From contig JARFYF010000046.1 of assembly GCA_030265395.1 (NCBI GenBank), positions 14,521,958 through 14,585,957 on the forward strand: a stretch of 64,000 nt of DNA, given 5' to 3'. Shown one piece after another: positions 27,121 through 40,444 of the stretch (the first letter of the stretch is position 1; each line of letters starts with the position of its first letter). The notes under the pieces are model-generated. The model did no database searches, was not told the DNA's origin, and worked only from the letters and a program-made list of their open reading frames with translations. The DNA is from Rhina ancylostomus. Taxonomy: Eukaryota. Made by a program: the position numbers and the translations under genes.

Positions 27121-27329
27121 TTTCAACCAGATTTTGCTGGCAGGGCTGAGTGAAATTAGTAATTGATGATAGCAAAATGGGAGATGGCAATTAAGATATA
27201 GACAAAGGTGGAAATGTACTATGTATTGCTTGGGGGAGCACAGTTTGATTTGTCTGGAGTGCTGACGCAACAAAATGGTCATGGAAATATTTGTAGCAAC
27301 TACTTGTAGATAAGCCTGGAGCTGATAAC

Positions 27330-28470
27330 ATAAATTAGTGGGTAAGGGAGAGAAGGTCAGGGGAAACAAAACCTGGCATCCTCAAATCTACCCAGGTAGG
27401 AGCATGGGGATTAATACATGCAGGGTGGTGAAGAGGAGAAATTGATAATTGATGAGAAAGTGCATATTCAAAGACCAAAATTGTCAGTTTTTAAGATATT
27501 CAATATTAGTATGGATTGAGATTGAGTAAACAAAGAGCAAATAGAGAGTGGGAATAACCAGGTTATTTTTGGGTTGGACAGTTGCGAGTAGTGGAGTGTT
27601 ATAGGGATCAGAGCTGAGGGCCCAGTTGCACACATCTATCCTAATGATTTGGATTGGGGGTGGGGGGGGGGGGGTCACATATTAAGTGGCCAAAGGGGGA
27701 AAAGACGTGAGGTCATGCAATTTGGTAGAAAAATAGAAAGGATAAGATAGTAAAAGCTATTGGTGGTCAAAGATATTTAAGTGTCCTTGTATATGATTCA
27801 CTGCAACTTAATACGCAGGCTCAGCTAGCAATTAGGAAAACAAATACTATGATGGCCTTGATTGCAAGAGGAGTTGATGCAAGAGCTGTGACGTTAAATA
27901 GAACACTGGTGAACCTGCATCTGGAATATTATGCAGAGATATGGGTTCCCTGCCTGGAGAAATATAAGCGGGACAGAAAGAGTGCAGTGACGGTTTACCA
28001 GATTGATTCCTGGGATGGCAGGTTTGCCTTATAAGGAGAGGTCAAGCAGACTAGACCTGTACTCCTTTGAGGTTAGATGAACAGGATACTATCGGAAAGC
28101 ATATATAAACCTTGAGGGGCTTAACAAGATAGATGTAAAGTTGACCTTTTGCCCGGCTAGGGTTTAGAACTAGGAATCATGAATCTCAAAATAAGTTGCT
28201 GGCCATTCAGGAGAGAAATGAGAAGAAACTGTTTCTACTAGTTAGTGGTGAATCTTTGAAATGCATGACCCATGAGAGTTGAGGAGGCCCAGCCAATGAG
28301 CATATTCAAACACCAAAATTGTCAGTTTGTAAGATATTAAGGGAATCAAAGGGTTTGGGGTTAGCGCAGGAAAGTGGTGCCAAGTTAACCTAAGCAGCCA
28401 TGATCTTATTGAATAATGTAGCAGGTGTGAGGGGCCAAATGACCTACTCCTGCTTCTGTGGCTCATGTTC
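27330..28470 (+). mobile_element. CR1-type LINE RT fragment through to its 3' end
   Basis: Decayed SGVPQGSVLGP..IY.NDLD motif at about 27590-27650, TLV..HLEY.., and tail gaggggccaaatgacctactcctgcttct. Confidence 0.8.
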
Positions 28471-31400
28471 CAAGAAAAACATTTCAGCACAGGGAAAGTA
28501 CAGAAATAGTAAGATGTATTTGTTTTACCAGTTTCTTCCTTATTGTTGAGATGCTTTGACCATCATGAGGAGGTATTTCTCATCCTATTCCCAAGTCACA
28601 TAATCTTCCAGACAAGTTGAGAAACTAGGCCAGGCAGAAGAAGTCTTCTGTATCAAAGCTACCATCAGGATGCAAAATTCACAAAGACACCTGACAAATT
28701 TTCTTTCAGAAAAATAAATAATTTTGTTCACTTTACTGCCAAAACATTGAACAACCAGCTGACAAGTTGCAGCATTTTGCAACTGGTTGTGAAATTTAAA
28801 ACAAATTTTCATACATCTATTTTAAAAAGTACATGAACATAAATGAAAATGTACACCACAGGAATTGTTGCAATTACATATTATAAATACACTACAGGAA
28901 AGAATCTCACAGATATTTAGCACCAGTGATGAAGAATCCTGGAAAAGGAATATAAGACAGACACTCCATCAAAAATATCAATTGACTACAATATAAGGGT
29001 ATTGGTATCTTTTTATTCTTTTCCATCTGGAGCTCCTAATACTCCATCCTTCTTAATAATGACAGCAGACTCACACTTTACAAACTGTATCACAAAATGT
29101 ACTGCATTGGATCAACATAGAATTTTATATAATAGAGTTGGACAATATTTGGACAATGTTCTATACCAACGTTTATCCTTCATATGATTCTCCTTCTTCA
29201 TCTCACCCTTTTCCAACATCCATCTATTTTTCCCCCTCCACCTGCCCACCTGCCCTCATCTACTCCCTCCTAATTACTTCATTTTGTTTGAAACGCTCCA
29301 TCTTCTACATTCCAACCATCTGGACAAAGAGAATTTCTCCTTGATAACATTGGATCAGCTTGGCCAAAATTCAATGAAAAGCCAACCATTAGAAATAAAG
29401 CTCAATAAAAGTAAACTCCCATACTCTATGTGACTATAAAGATGTCCCAGACTGACCACAATATGTAATATGGTACGCAATTGCTTGTATTTTTCCCAAT
29501 TAGTTGACCCCAGTTTTGATCCATACAGAAATCAATGTATTTACAGCGGATCCATTTTATAAAATGTTCTGCTGCAGCCACAGGACTTTATTATTATTAA
29601 AGACATGAGAAGTTTGCTTGAGTGAATAAAACATTGTATTTTACTTTGGAATATGTTAAAAATAGGAACTCAACATTGAGATTGATCTTATTTTAATCTT
29701 TACTCACTTTAACATCCTGAAGCCAGCACAACATAAATTATCAGAGAGGCTATCAGGCAACTCTCGTTTTCTCTGTTTTACACATATGCATAGTGTGCCA
29801 TTGGTGACTATTAAGTAATGATTCACTTCCCGAATTCTGGTTCACTCTTATATTGATGCACTCTATTTCCTTAAGTCATTTCCTAGTTTGCATAGTTCCT
29901 GCTGTGCAGTAATCGTTGCCGCTTTATATTGCGCTCAGTTCCACATTTGAGAGCACAAAGGCTGCCATGCTGTTTTATACTTTGAAGAAGAAAAATTTTG
30001 GTATTGCTTTGTATAATCTGCAATGAATTTTCAAGATAGTTTTGAACCTTTCTAATCTTATATTCAGAGTTCACTGGCTGTTGACTGAAACTGAAAAGCA
30101 GTTCATTTGCTAAGGAATGCTGTACTGATCAAGATTAGAATTCACCAGATCTTCCTGAATTTGACCAACTCAGTTGCAATTTTTTGACTCTATTAATTAG
30201 TCTGAACTGCAGGGAGCCATTTTTTCAACCAATAATTTATGAATTTAATATTGTGCAATTTAAAGCAAAAGTTTAAATGTGGTTAAAAAATGGTCTGTAA
30301 ACAGGTCTTTGTTTCATGTCAGAATAGATTTATGGACCCGGATTTGGTCCAATGGTGATATTAGTGACAGACGCTATTAAATTGGGCTGTAGGGCTCCTT
30401 AATCCTCCAGTGGCAAGTTTATGCCATAATTTTCTGGGAATATAACAAGGATATGCCACAGCGAGTGTAATGACAGATCAAGAGGACAATGGACAAAGGA
30501 AAAACTAAGGGAAGTTGCATACCATTTGGACCTGGTTATGTTTAGAATAGATCTTTGAAGACTGAATTAATAGGCAGAAAACAGCACACATTCAAATTAC
30601 AGAGGGCTGGTATGCCTTGAGAACTCTTTTTATATCTGTCTGGTTAGTTCATTAGATGGAACTTCGACCCTCCTTTTCCCATTGAGGTTGTATGAGAAAC
30701 ACAGGAACCAAAGGCTTTTAGCCTTCATTTGCTCAAGCAGTCTCTAATCCCAGAGCTATTTCTGATTTACTACTTGGATTTTAATAAGGTATAAATGGGC
30801 ACATTGTGATCACAAACACCTAAGATTAATAATTGGAATCACAAGAAAATATCACTTTAGATGGCAGTTTATGGCTAGGAACCAGAAACCCATTTTCACC
30901 CACAACGTACAGTATAAGATCTGTTGTACCAGTGACCCTAAACACTGCCAGACTGTACCAATGAATAATAATAATAAAACACCTAATGAGGGCAAAACAA
31001 ATATATCTTTATTCAAATAGTAAACTATGATTCCAATGATTTCACCAAACATAGTGAGCCAGCTATAATGTCATAAATCACTCACATCATAACTTTTTCC
31101 CATCATAATAATGGCAAATACTGTAGATGTGCCATTATTGTGGTGAAAAATCTTAATTAATATACAGCTAAGAATTCATATAGTCCCAAGAATAGGGAGC
31201 TGGAACCCCTGATGTTTGTGAAGCGAATAGATTTTTATAAACTGTAAACAAAGAATCATTTTCGAAAAGAAAGAGAGGAACAGAATAATTTAGAACTATG
31301 ATTAAAATGTGCAATGTAATGATGATGGCTGTTAAGGCAAAGCTACACTGAAGAAGTGAATGGGACTTGCTTGGAATGACATTCCTGGTAGCATAAATAT

Positions 31401-31671
31401 ATAAATAGAAATCATCCCACCACTTCCCTCTCTTGGTGTTTTTGCAGCCCTCTCCCACTCCACATTCCTCCTCATGATTGCCTGATGGTTTCATTCCACA
31501 GATAAGCAGCCTGTCTGTCTTAGTAACAAGAGGCCTAAACTGCAGGATAGCTCATTCCTCCTACCAACATTGTTCAGCAGTTTGTGTGACATCCCCAGCC
31601 ACTGCTTGCCCCATCCACACCCATTGGCTCCAACAAGAAAACAAACTAGAAAGCACACCTAGAGTGGTGAA

Positions 31672-31753
31672 ACTGGTGTAGACAGAGTGCAGGTGCTCTA
31701 CAAACACTCACCTAGTCTACCCTTGGTTTTTCCAATGCAGAGAAGGCCACATC
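31672..31753 (-). mobile_element. Penelope GIY-YIG endonuclease coding fragment (pseudogenic)
   Basis: The minus strand reads CGLLCIGKTKGRLGEC and, after a frameshift, VEHLHSV; compare the PLE motif CGLLYIGETKRRLGDRF.EHL. Confidence 0.7.
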
Positions 31754-33574
31754 AAAGCAGGCCTGGTTTTGAAGTTGCAACTAGAATCTCACAGCACTTA
31801 TTATCTGTTTAAAGAAAAGAATTTACAGACTATAATGGACCAAGCCATTCTCAATCAGTCCTGCCACCTGTACTAGTCTTCTGACCACATTTGTTTTCTG
31901 CAGTTCTGTGGATCCTGTCCTACTTGAGATGTTGCAACCACAGCTTTCCCACAAAGCAGAAAAAGCTGAAAGACAACTTGGTCTCAGGCTGCAGATCATC
32001 AAGCCCTGTCGCTGAACTGACTTGATGGTCTTTTTATAACTCACTGATAATCCATCAGATACAATGCGGATCAATACAATATAAAAGTAATTGAAGAAGA
32101 TTAAAATGATTTTTAAATAATACTTTATTTTAAAAATTAACAAATTTGAAAAGTAATATATGTACTTACAAACATCTTTAAGTACTGGAGATCAATTAAA
32201 ATCATTAAGTTAAATAAATAAAGAAGAAAGAACAAACCACTTACCTGAAATTAACTTTTTAATCAAAGTTGGCCACACTAACCACATACCAAGTGCATCT
32301 GGGCCCTCAGCTCAGAACATTTGTAGTCATTCCCTGAACTGGAAAGGAAGGTCAGGAATGAGATGACCAATGCCCTGCAGCTCATCGCTACTTCTATCAT
32401 AACCACAGGCTGAAGGACAGAAGGATCCAGCCAGTGTGTGAAAACCAAAAGGTTTACTTAAACCACCCAGCACAATGCAAATCAATACAATTCAATTTCA
32501 AACTTGGTTGCTTATGAGAATACCACTAATTAATGAAAGCAGCAAGCTTTGCATGGCACAGGTGTTCAATGTTATTTGATGGCCATTACTTTTCTCATGT
32601 TGACATTGTTCAAGCACAGGCAACCATAATGGGATGAGCAGTCCATGTTTTGCAATTTCTGAAATCCTTCTAAATCTAACAATAACCAGAGCTAGCTTTC
32701 AGTTTCATATAAAGGATTTATGACCTCATTGCTGATGTAGTTTTGCAATCTTTCAGTCTTTTCATTTCAAAGGCACAGCTAATATTATTAAAATGCATTA
32801 CACACGTGCACACTTAAACACACCTGCACACATACTAGTTTATCTTTTCTTAACAGAGGACACACATACTGGTGAATGTTTAGATATTTTTTCAGGTTTA
32901 CAATGAATAACTAGTTATCAGGGCTTTGATTTTGATTTACAATGGTGGACCAAGTGGAGTTATGATTTTATTGCACAGCATTGTCGAAGTACTTATGACA
33001 ACCTGGGGGTTCTTAATTATGTCTATTTTTGCATTTACACTGTAAATCAATGGTGTTAATTACTGTTCAATGTTGGTGTGCAAATAATTTTACATCATTT
33101 TTCTCCTTGGAGCCCAGGATACATGGGCAGCAGAGAAGATGTTGGTGGTAGAGCCCAGATTCTCAATGTATGAGGAGATGATAAGGTGTTGGTAATGATG
33201 CAGTAAAATGGTGTGGCAACCTTGCTTGGGTCCTGTCTGACCTAAATGGTGTTGTGATCAAGGAGCAGTAGGATGTGGTAATGGGATGTGGTCTGGTGGG
33301 AGCTGTGTTGTGATCTTGTGGGCTGTGGTAATGGAATGGGCTTTCAGGTTTAGGAAGTGAAGGCTGGATTCTACTAGGGTGTAAAATCAGGATCTGTAAA
33401 TGCTGAGAACATTCTGGAAGCTCTGGAAGTTTATAATACAGGGGGCGGGGCAAGGGGTAGAGATTCAGGAACTTTGGGAATATGTTTTGGAATCAACGTT
33501 TGGGATACCTGATAATGTATAAGAAATTTTATTTGTGAAAGTTTTACAAAGAAGCAGCAGCAGAGCTGAGTATT

Positions 33575-33690
33575 TGTAGGGAAGCAAAGAAATGCAGATA
33601 CTGGAAATCTGAGCTGAAATAGTGAATGCTCAGCAGCACAGGCAGTGACAGTGGAAAGACAAACAGAGGAGACCTTCACTTCAATGACCA
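33575..33690 (-). mobile_element. PLE pLTR-derived half element
   Basis: aaagaaatgcagatactggaaatctgagctgaaa...ctcagcagcacaggcag. Confidence 0.65.
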
Positions 33691-34469
33691 ATGGATGTTC
33701 TTTATTAAGGATCTGTGGATGTGAAGTAAGTGTTCTACTGCAATTGAGGCAGAAGTGGAGAAAGAAAACCAATCCTAAGAGCTAACACTGTGAAAAAATT
33801 GAATTAAAATAAAGTATCCACTGATTTGACTTCGGAATTGTTTTTCAAGTCATTTTCACTTTCGGTTATTTGACTACATATTCAACCACAGGACCTGAAA
33901 ACCTTTTTGTGAGAGATAATCAGATGCAAGGTATCAAAATAGGCCTCTGGAGCATCAGTGGATAATATCTGTGAGAGTTCTTCGATGTTTTTATTTAAAG
34001 TCTTCTCATTCTCTTAATCCTTTAACGAGATTGATTGTTATAATTCACAATCCTCTTTACTTTTCCAGCGCAGGGCATGCATAATTAAGTGAAACACCCT
34101 AAATACAGGCTGTCTTGGTGGATTCAAACCATGGCCCCATTTGATTAGCCCAGTAGCAGCTACAGATAAGGTCCACCACTGGTAGGATCTGAAACCTGGA
34201 AATAGGCAGAAATATGGGCCAGCTGTTGGCCTGCCTGCCTGCAAGCATCAGAGTTTTCTGGCTACATTTGAACAACAAAAGCCCAAAGGTCTCTGAGTCT
34301 AAAGGTCCATGCGATTGAGAGAAAAGAGAGATCAGACTTAACAAAACCATACATATAAAGAACACATTTAAAGACATTTAAAATACATGTAAATGAAGAA
34401 ACTTTAAACAGTCTATTATATTTCCACAGTTCCCCTAATAACAGTAGGTTGCTAAATTAGGTAGCTCCC

Positions 34470-35000
34470 AAATAGACAGTCACCTCTTCACATTCCTTCT
34501 TGTGTCGCTAATTACCTTATAGCTGGTAACAACCACTGTCCTTCTGAGGCAGTGAAATTCCTTTCAGTCGAAGTACATACCTGGTAAATGACATCTGTGC
34601 AATCAATGACACCCTGTATTGTTGGGATTCCTGAAATCCTAGCAAACCTGTATGTCCTTGCCACCTACCAGTTTCTGACAATCAAGAATAAAACATATTT
34701 AACTTTCATATAGCAGTGGACGTTAACATGTAACTCAAAAAACAATGCAAACTCTCTGCCTTAAGCCTGAAAGGAGCCAAAGGTTTACAAGCTCAATGCA
34801 ACAGCCACCTTGGCACAGTGGAAATGCTGTCCTCGTCCCACTCTGTGGTTATAGTTGTGGTTGCAGCAGGTGAAAGTTTTCAGTGAGAACATCCATATTA
34901 AAATACAAATGGTTCACACTTTGTTCTACACTGAGGTTGAGGAAAGAGAATGGATTATTGATCACCTGCGCAAATCTGACCTCCTGTTGAAAGCCTTCCA
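34470..35000 (-). pseudogene. Harbinger/PIF (HARBI1-like DDE) transposase pseudogene
   Basis: The minus strand gives FSFLNLSVEQ..LYFNMDVLTENFHLLQPQL, KVAVALSL*TFGSFQ and RFARISGIPTIQGVIDCT (compare Harbinger G.P.V.GAIDCTHV, first catalytic Asp), with several stops and frameshifts. Confidence 0.8.
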
Positions 35001-35399
35001 CCCACCCTCTCTCCACACCTCTTTATATTCTCCTTCCTCAACCTCAGTCCATCTGCCCATGTTCACTCTCTCAGTTATACATTATGGATAACAACAGTAA
35101 TTCAAAATTGTAACTTACTGGCTGAAGAGCAGGTTAAAATGAATTTAATTTTTTGTCTGATAGGCTTTACCAATTCTATAGATGGGGATTGGGGTAGTTT
35201 AGGAAAGAAGAGATGTCAGAAAGCAGTGCAATGAAAGCAAGCATAATTTGGAGAGATACAATCGATTCTGCATCAAAGGCATAGCTGTGAGCTCCTGACC
35301 CATCATCTGGGAGTTGATGCAGTAGACCTGCAACTTCTTGAGCTGAACACAAGAATAGATGCACTGTTTGATACTCTGAGGCTAGCCTTCCTAAGGAAC

Positions 35400-36350
35400 A
35401 ACAGTAGCTGGTGGACAGGCTCAGTGAGGTACATAATACCTACATCAGTTTAAAAAGATAATCAACTCCTGGTATTCTGGCAAGTAAGGGCAATGTCTTG
35501 TTCTGTAGTGCAGGATCCTATCTGTCTGTCAATCTGTTCTTTACTTCACTGCTGGTGCACACAAAGGCTCACAAGCCACTTCCTTCCAAACCCTCCCTTA
35601 GGAAAACCAAACATTCTCTAAAACTGCCCCTTGCAATAGCCTAGAACTCACATACTTCTCCAAGAAATCAATTTATCATTGATACTCTCTTTGAGCCAAT
35701 TTTATCAATGAGCTCTCCTGTTCCTCTGATCAATTCCCAATAAACTGCTAACCAATCAATTTCCCTTCATTCCTAACTCTGTGCCCACCTATCGCAGAAA
35801 TCTATGATCACAGCTCTCCAAATGACCGCACACTGCAGCAATGACAAAGTTAAGAATGAATTGCTCTGCATCTATGACAAAGGAAATCTATCCTTCCTTG
35901 TCTTTCTATACAAGCATGCAGCCTTTCAAACCTCTGTCAATATCTGTCTGCTGTCATCCATGGAATGCTACTGTACTTGCCTGGTTCCATTCTTATCCAT
36001 CCAGTCATCACCAGAGAATTATCAGCAGTGGCTTATATTCCCTGCCCCTGTTGCATCTGGTGCTTTCCAGGCCTTATTCTTTGACCCTTCCCTCTTAGAT
36101 TCCTCATCCACACACTGAGTGTTGTTATCCAGAAGCAGTGTCTGTTTCCACCATTGGCAATTGTACCTTGAACAGGGGAGGATCTAACCTCTGCAACTCC
36201 TTTCTTCAACCTTTCTGCTTCTCTAGCTTTGTTTCTTCCTTTAAAACGTCCTCTCAGACCTAAGTATTTTGCTGATTATGTAGCTTGGCATCAAAGTTTG
36301 TTTGATGATTCTCTCATATGACACCCCAAGGATACTACAAAGATGTATAT
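35400..36350 (+). mobile_element. L2-type LINE remnant, highly decayed
   Basis: ggttccattcttatccatccagtcatcaccagag..tctggtgctttccagg (WF.SYL..R.Q / SGVPQG-like) and an L2-like 3' end tggcatcaaagtttgtttgat. Confidence 0.5.
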
Positions 36351-36524
36351 CACAGTTATTTAATGTGTGTTGATAGACACAAATAAATTTTGCTATAGGT
36401 GTTCTTTAGAAGCAGACTTCCTTGTTGTGTAACTTTAATTTGCATAGTATTAGCTAAAAAGAAAGTCCAAAAGAAAATTAAATTTAGAAAAATTCAATTT
36501 TTTTTTCATATTTCCTTATTATAT

Positions 36525-36820
36525 TGAAGGACGCAATTCAACTCATCAAGTCTATGCAGGTTTTCAGATCAATCTCATCAGTTCCATTACTATTTATCTC
36601 CCTGTAACCTATTCTCTCTCACGTGTTGAGCACCACCCCTGCTCCCCTCCCCAACTCCCATTGATTGAAAATCCACATGTCTCTGGGATGTGGGAAGAAA
36701 CTGGGGGAAAGTTACACAGTCTCAGGAAGAACACAGGTAGCACTAGAGGTCGGAATTGAACTCAGATCATTGGTGCTGTGATGCAGCAGCATTAACTGCA
36801 GCACCACTGTGCCACCCAGC
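36525..36820 (-). mobile_element. HE1-type SINE
   Basis: catgtctctgggatgtgggaagaaactgg...gaggtcggaattgaactcag...caccactgtgccaccc. Confidence 0.8.
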
Positions 36821-37549
36821 CACATCATCAGTGTTTCATAAATTACCCTCAGCAATTTAAGCCAATCCTTCCACAGAAAAGGGAGCAGGTATGTTGAGAA
36901 ATAACCTGTTAGGTTAAATATAGAATCTCTACAAGGTGTGTATTACATTGTCCAACCTATTTTGTAATACATTGTCATATTTGACTTGCCTTTTACTTAT
37001 TATCTATTCTTCTTACTTATTCTTTAATATCCTTTATTACATTAACCTTTCCTTTTCCTTTTACTTATCACCTTTCCTTTTACTCAGCATCTATTTAAGC
37101 TGTTTGCACCACAGGCTGGAATTAGCAAATTTGCAACTACACGTGGTTGAAATCTCAGATAAACAGGCCATTGGTGAGAGAGTCCTGCTATTGCAGAAGC
37201 TTTCTGGTTGAAATTGAAACTGACACAAGGGTAAATTTTTGAAAAATACCTCTCACCCATAATGCAGGGATGCCAGGCCCTTATTACGTACCGAGGTACA
37301 TCAATAAGCATTTCAAGGTCATCCTAAAAAAAGGAATTTGCATTTATATGACCCCTTTTCATGTTTTCAGCATGTCCAAAAGCACTGCAGATCCAATGTG
37401 GTATGTCTGAAGCGTGGTCTCAGTTGTAAGAAAGAGAATGCAGTAACTCAGTGTGTTGTCACAGATAAAATAGGATCAGATGTTAGTTGTCATGATTGAT
37501 AGGTAAATCCTAGCTACAACACTGGACAGAACTCCCATGTTTCTTTCAT

Positions 37550-37804
37550 GTACTAAAAGCACAAAACGCTGGGAACACTCAGCAGGTCAGGCTGTATCTG
37601 TGGGAAGAGGAACAGAATTAACATTTCAGTTGAAGGTGCTTCATCAGAATTGGGAACGAGAGAAAACAAGCTATCTGTAAGTTGCAGAGTGGGTGGGAGA
37701 GGGAGGAATGGACGAAGGGAATATTTCTGAGAGCATGAAGTCAAGGTTGCTATGGTAATATTAGGCTGATGAAGCTATCTGGTTGATAGATTAATGAGAG
37801 AAGT

Positions 37805-37841
<37 letters not shown>

Positions 37842-38340
37842 CAACATAATGTGAAGGAACAGTACCTCATTCTCTGCATGTTGTAGACTTCTGGATTCAA
37901 TATCTCATTCAGCAATTTCAGATAACTTATTTTCTCTGTATGTATCAGAATGAGCCAGTTCTGCTGTAGATTAATCATCTGTAATATTAACTCAGTTTTT
38001 CTCTCTCCTCTGACACTGCCTGATCTGCTGACTGCTTCCTGCAGCTCAAATTTGCTTTACACAGATTTTGCATGTCCCCTCCCTCTCTCTCTGCCTAATT
38101 CTCTCATTAATCTATCAGCACCATCTTATCACCATGGTGACATTGGCTTAACCCTATCTGAGATATTCCCTTTGTCTGCACCCTCTCAAGAACATTTTCT
38201 CTCTTCACCAATTTTGAAGAAGGGTCTTCAACTGGAAACATTCTCTCTGTTTCTCTCTCCACAGATGCTGCCTGACTTCCTGAGAGTTTCCAGCATTTTC
38301 AGTTTTTATTTCCGATTTCCAGCATCTCAGTTTTTTTAAT
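37550..38340 (+). mobile_element. 5'-truncated Penelope element with inverted pLTR
   Basis: Inverted pLTR (37550-37840), ORF C-terminus KEQYLILC..SGFNISFSNFR* (compare PLE EEQHLIF.LG...P.GLNIEF.NF), then a sense pLTR; gatagattaatgagag and ctctcattaatctatc are exact inverted copies. Confidence 0.8.
37806..37838. repeat. (AG)n microsatellite
   Basis: About 16 AG units, within the inverted pLTR. Confidence 0.95.
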
Positions 38341-38864
38341 TACATTTTCCTTCATGAGGTGTCATGAGATCCTTAATGGCTACTGGAGTGAAAAAAAGTG
38401 TCCTTGTTATAAAGACTCATTTGGAAGACAACATTCCACTAACTTAGTTGCCTAGATTGTGTGCTCAAATTTCTAGAGCAGAACTTGAACATACAACTTT
38501 CTGAATCAGACACAAGAGAGCCACTCGGTCAAGGGTGCCCTCCAGCAGTGCAGTGTGTGAAATGACATACACCAGCTGAATACCAATAATGTTGATGGAT
38601 TTCATAATTATGATTTGGTGCAGAAGTGGCACCTCTGAAACCACTGTTATTCTGAAAAAGCCAGTTTCAGATATTGGCAGACATGCACAGAAACAGGTAA
38701 TGTTTCCAAGTTCCTATGAAAATCATTCCAATGCTGCTATTCCAATTAAGCAAGAAATGGCAGCATAAAATATGGTGCAAAGACACAAGAGGCAATTATA
38801 ACAAGAAAACATTTAAACATGCTAACAACTTTAGCTCTGTACAACTAAAAAAATTACCTGGCAA

Positions 38865-38985
38865 GCACAAGAGATGTAGATGCTGGAATCTGGGGCAAAA
38901 AACAATCTGCTGGAGTAGTTCAGCTGGTCAGGATGAAGGGTCCAAATCTGAAGTGTTGACCCTCCACAAATGCTGCCTAACCATT
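38865..38985. mobile_element. Short PLE pLTR-derived element
   Basis: cacaagagatgtagatgctggaatctggggcaaaaaacaatctgctggag...gatgaagggtcc. Confidence 0.7.
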
Positions 38986-39819
38986 TTTTTTTTGTTTTTA
39001 AAAAAGCCTCTTTTTTTTATTATGCAACAAAAAAGCAAAGATACCTAAAAGCTGCCAAGTTCTGACAAATGAAACAAGTAGTGACCTTCACTGTCACTGT
39101 AGTGTGGCACAGATAGCTGGCCAGGAATCAAACAGCATGGGTGAGACATGGGCTTCCTAGTCAGGCTGAATGACATTTTGTTGTTTATTTTTAACCTCAC
39201 CAGTTCTGCTGGAGTTGCTGCCAGAGGTTATACCTGTTGCTCAACCCTGATAGCCTATGGAGACTCTATTCGCCTTTTCCTCAAGAAAGATTACTGAACA
39301 TGATTCGTCCTTGCCACAGAGCCAATAAAGCTTCTACTGTAATAACTCATCAAGGGCAAAGTTAATCTGGGGTAAAATATTTGCTTTTTAAAACGTCTTT
39401 ACAATTGTGAAGTGCACCTCAGTTTCCATCATGTAAAACATCTTAAAATTAGGATGAGACTTCTCACTTTGTTTGATAATAATTTTATTTCTGTACTGCT
39501 GTGAATCCATGGAAAAATAATCATTTTAACAAATGGTTCACTCCCTACAAACACTTAAACCCACCATTTTTTTCACTAAGATATGCCTCCAATGGATTTA
39601 ATAGACTGTGCAGTCAAATAGTCTTTTTGTTTGTTACACTTGGGAGAGCTTCCTTGTAATAGCACCTTCATTAATCAGGAGAGCATTCTGAATAAATCTA
39701 GAGAATGTCAGAAAATACCTCAAAATTTTTCAGTAAATAAGAAATTGTCTTACTACAGGAAGTTCTTAGGTTACAGTAGGGCTCCATACCTGAGAACTGT
39801 TCATAAGTCAGAAATGAAC

Positions 39820-40033
39820 AAAATCAGTGTGTAAATAGAGGATCACTGAAACAGCTGTGCCAGGAGAGCGAGCAGGCACGGGAAGAGCATCCACCAGGCA
39901 GCCTCACTGACTCAGTGAGTGAGCGAGTGAGCCTGCTCAGTGCTCCTGGCTCTGCTTGGTTTGACCCAGCCCAGACTATGAGAATTATTTATTCATATAT
40001 TCATCTTTGTTTCACTGTAATTCATTGGTGAGT
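39820..40033 (+). promoter_or_regulatory. Candidate promoter / first exon ending at a strong splice donor
   Basis: Local GC-rich non-TE patch; FOX/TATA-like gtaaata near 39830, AP-1 site TGACTCA (39908-39914), ATG at 39978, donor TG|GTGAGT at 40027/40028. Gene not identified. Confidence 0.4.
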
Positions 40034-40444
40034 TTAATCAACAGTTCTTATGGTTTGGGGGACAAAATCCTCTTCAACTGATCCTGGCTTTGATGATAGT
40101 GCTTTCTATTCCTACTGTTTTAGTTTCTGTTTGAAAGTAGTTGTTATATTCTTACAGAAAGTTTTGAGAAGAGGAAGATTGGTGGGAGTGCATTGATCTT
40201 AATTTTCACATGTCGTGTTCTGTGTTTAAACCTTTACTTCAATTAATAAATTATACCGGGCTACTGGGGGACATATTTTTCATTGAAAATAATTGACTTT
40301 ATATACAGTGTGTATATATATATTCTAGTCTCTGGAAACTGAAAATTGGGGAGAATAGAGAATAGATGGGGGATTGGATTTGCTTCAGAATTACATAGAA
40401 ACAAATATCATCATGATGAAACACCTACAAACATCCCAGGTGTT

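Larger units (their letters stand above)
37335..38530 (-). mobile_element. DeuSINE-type SINE split by a Penelope insertion
   Basis: Tail ggaatttgcatttatatgacccc at 37335; head cttgaacatacaactttctgaatcagacacaagagagccact near 38500. Confidence 0.7.
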
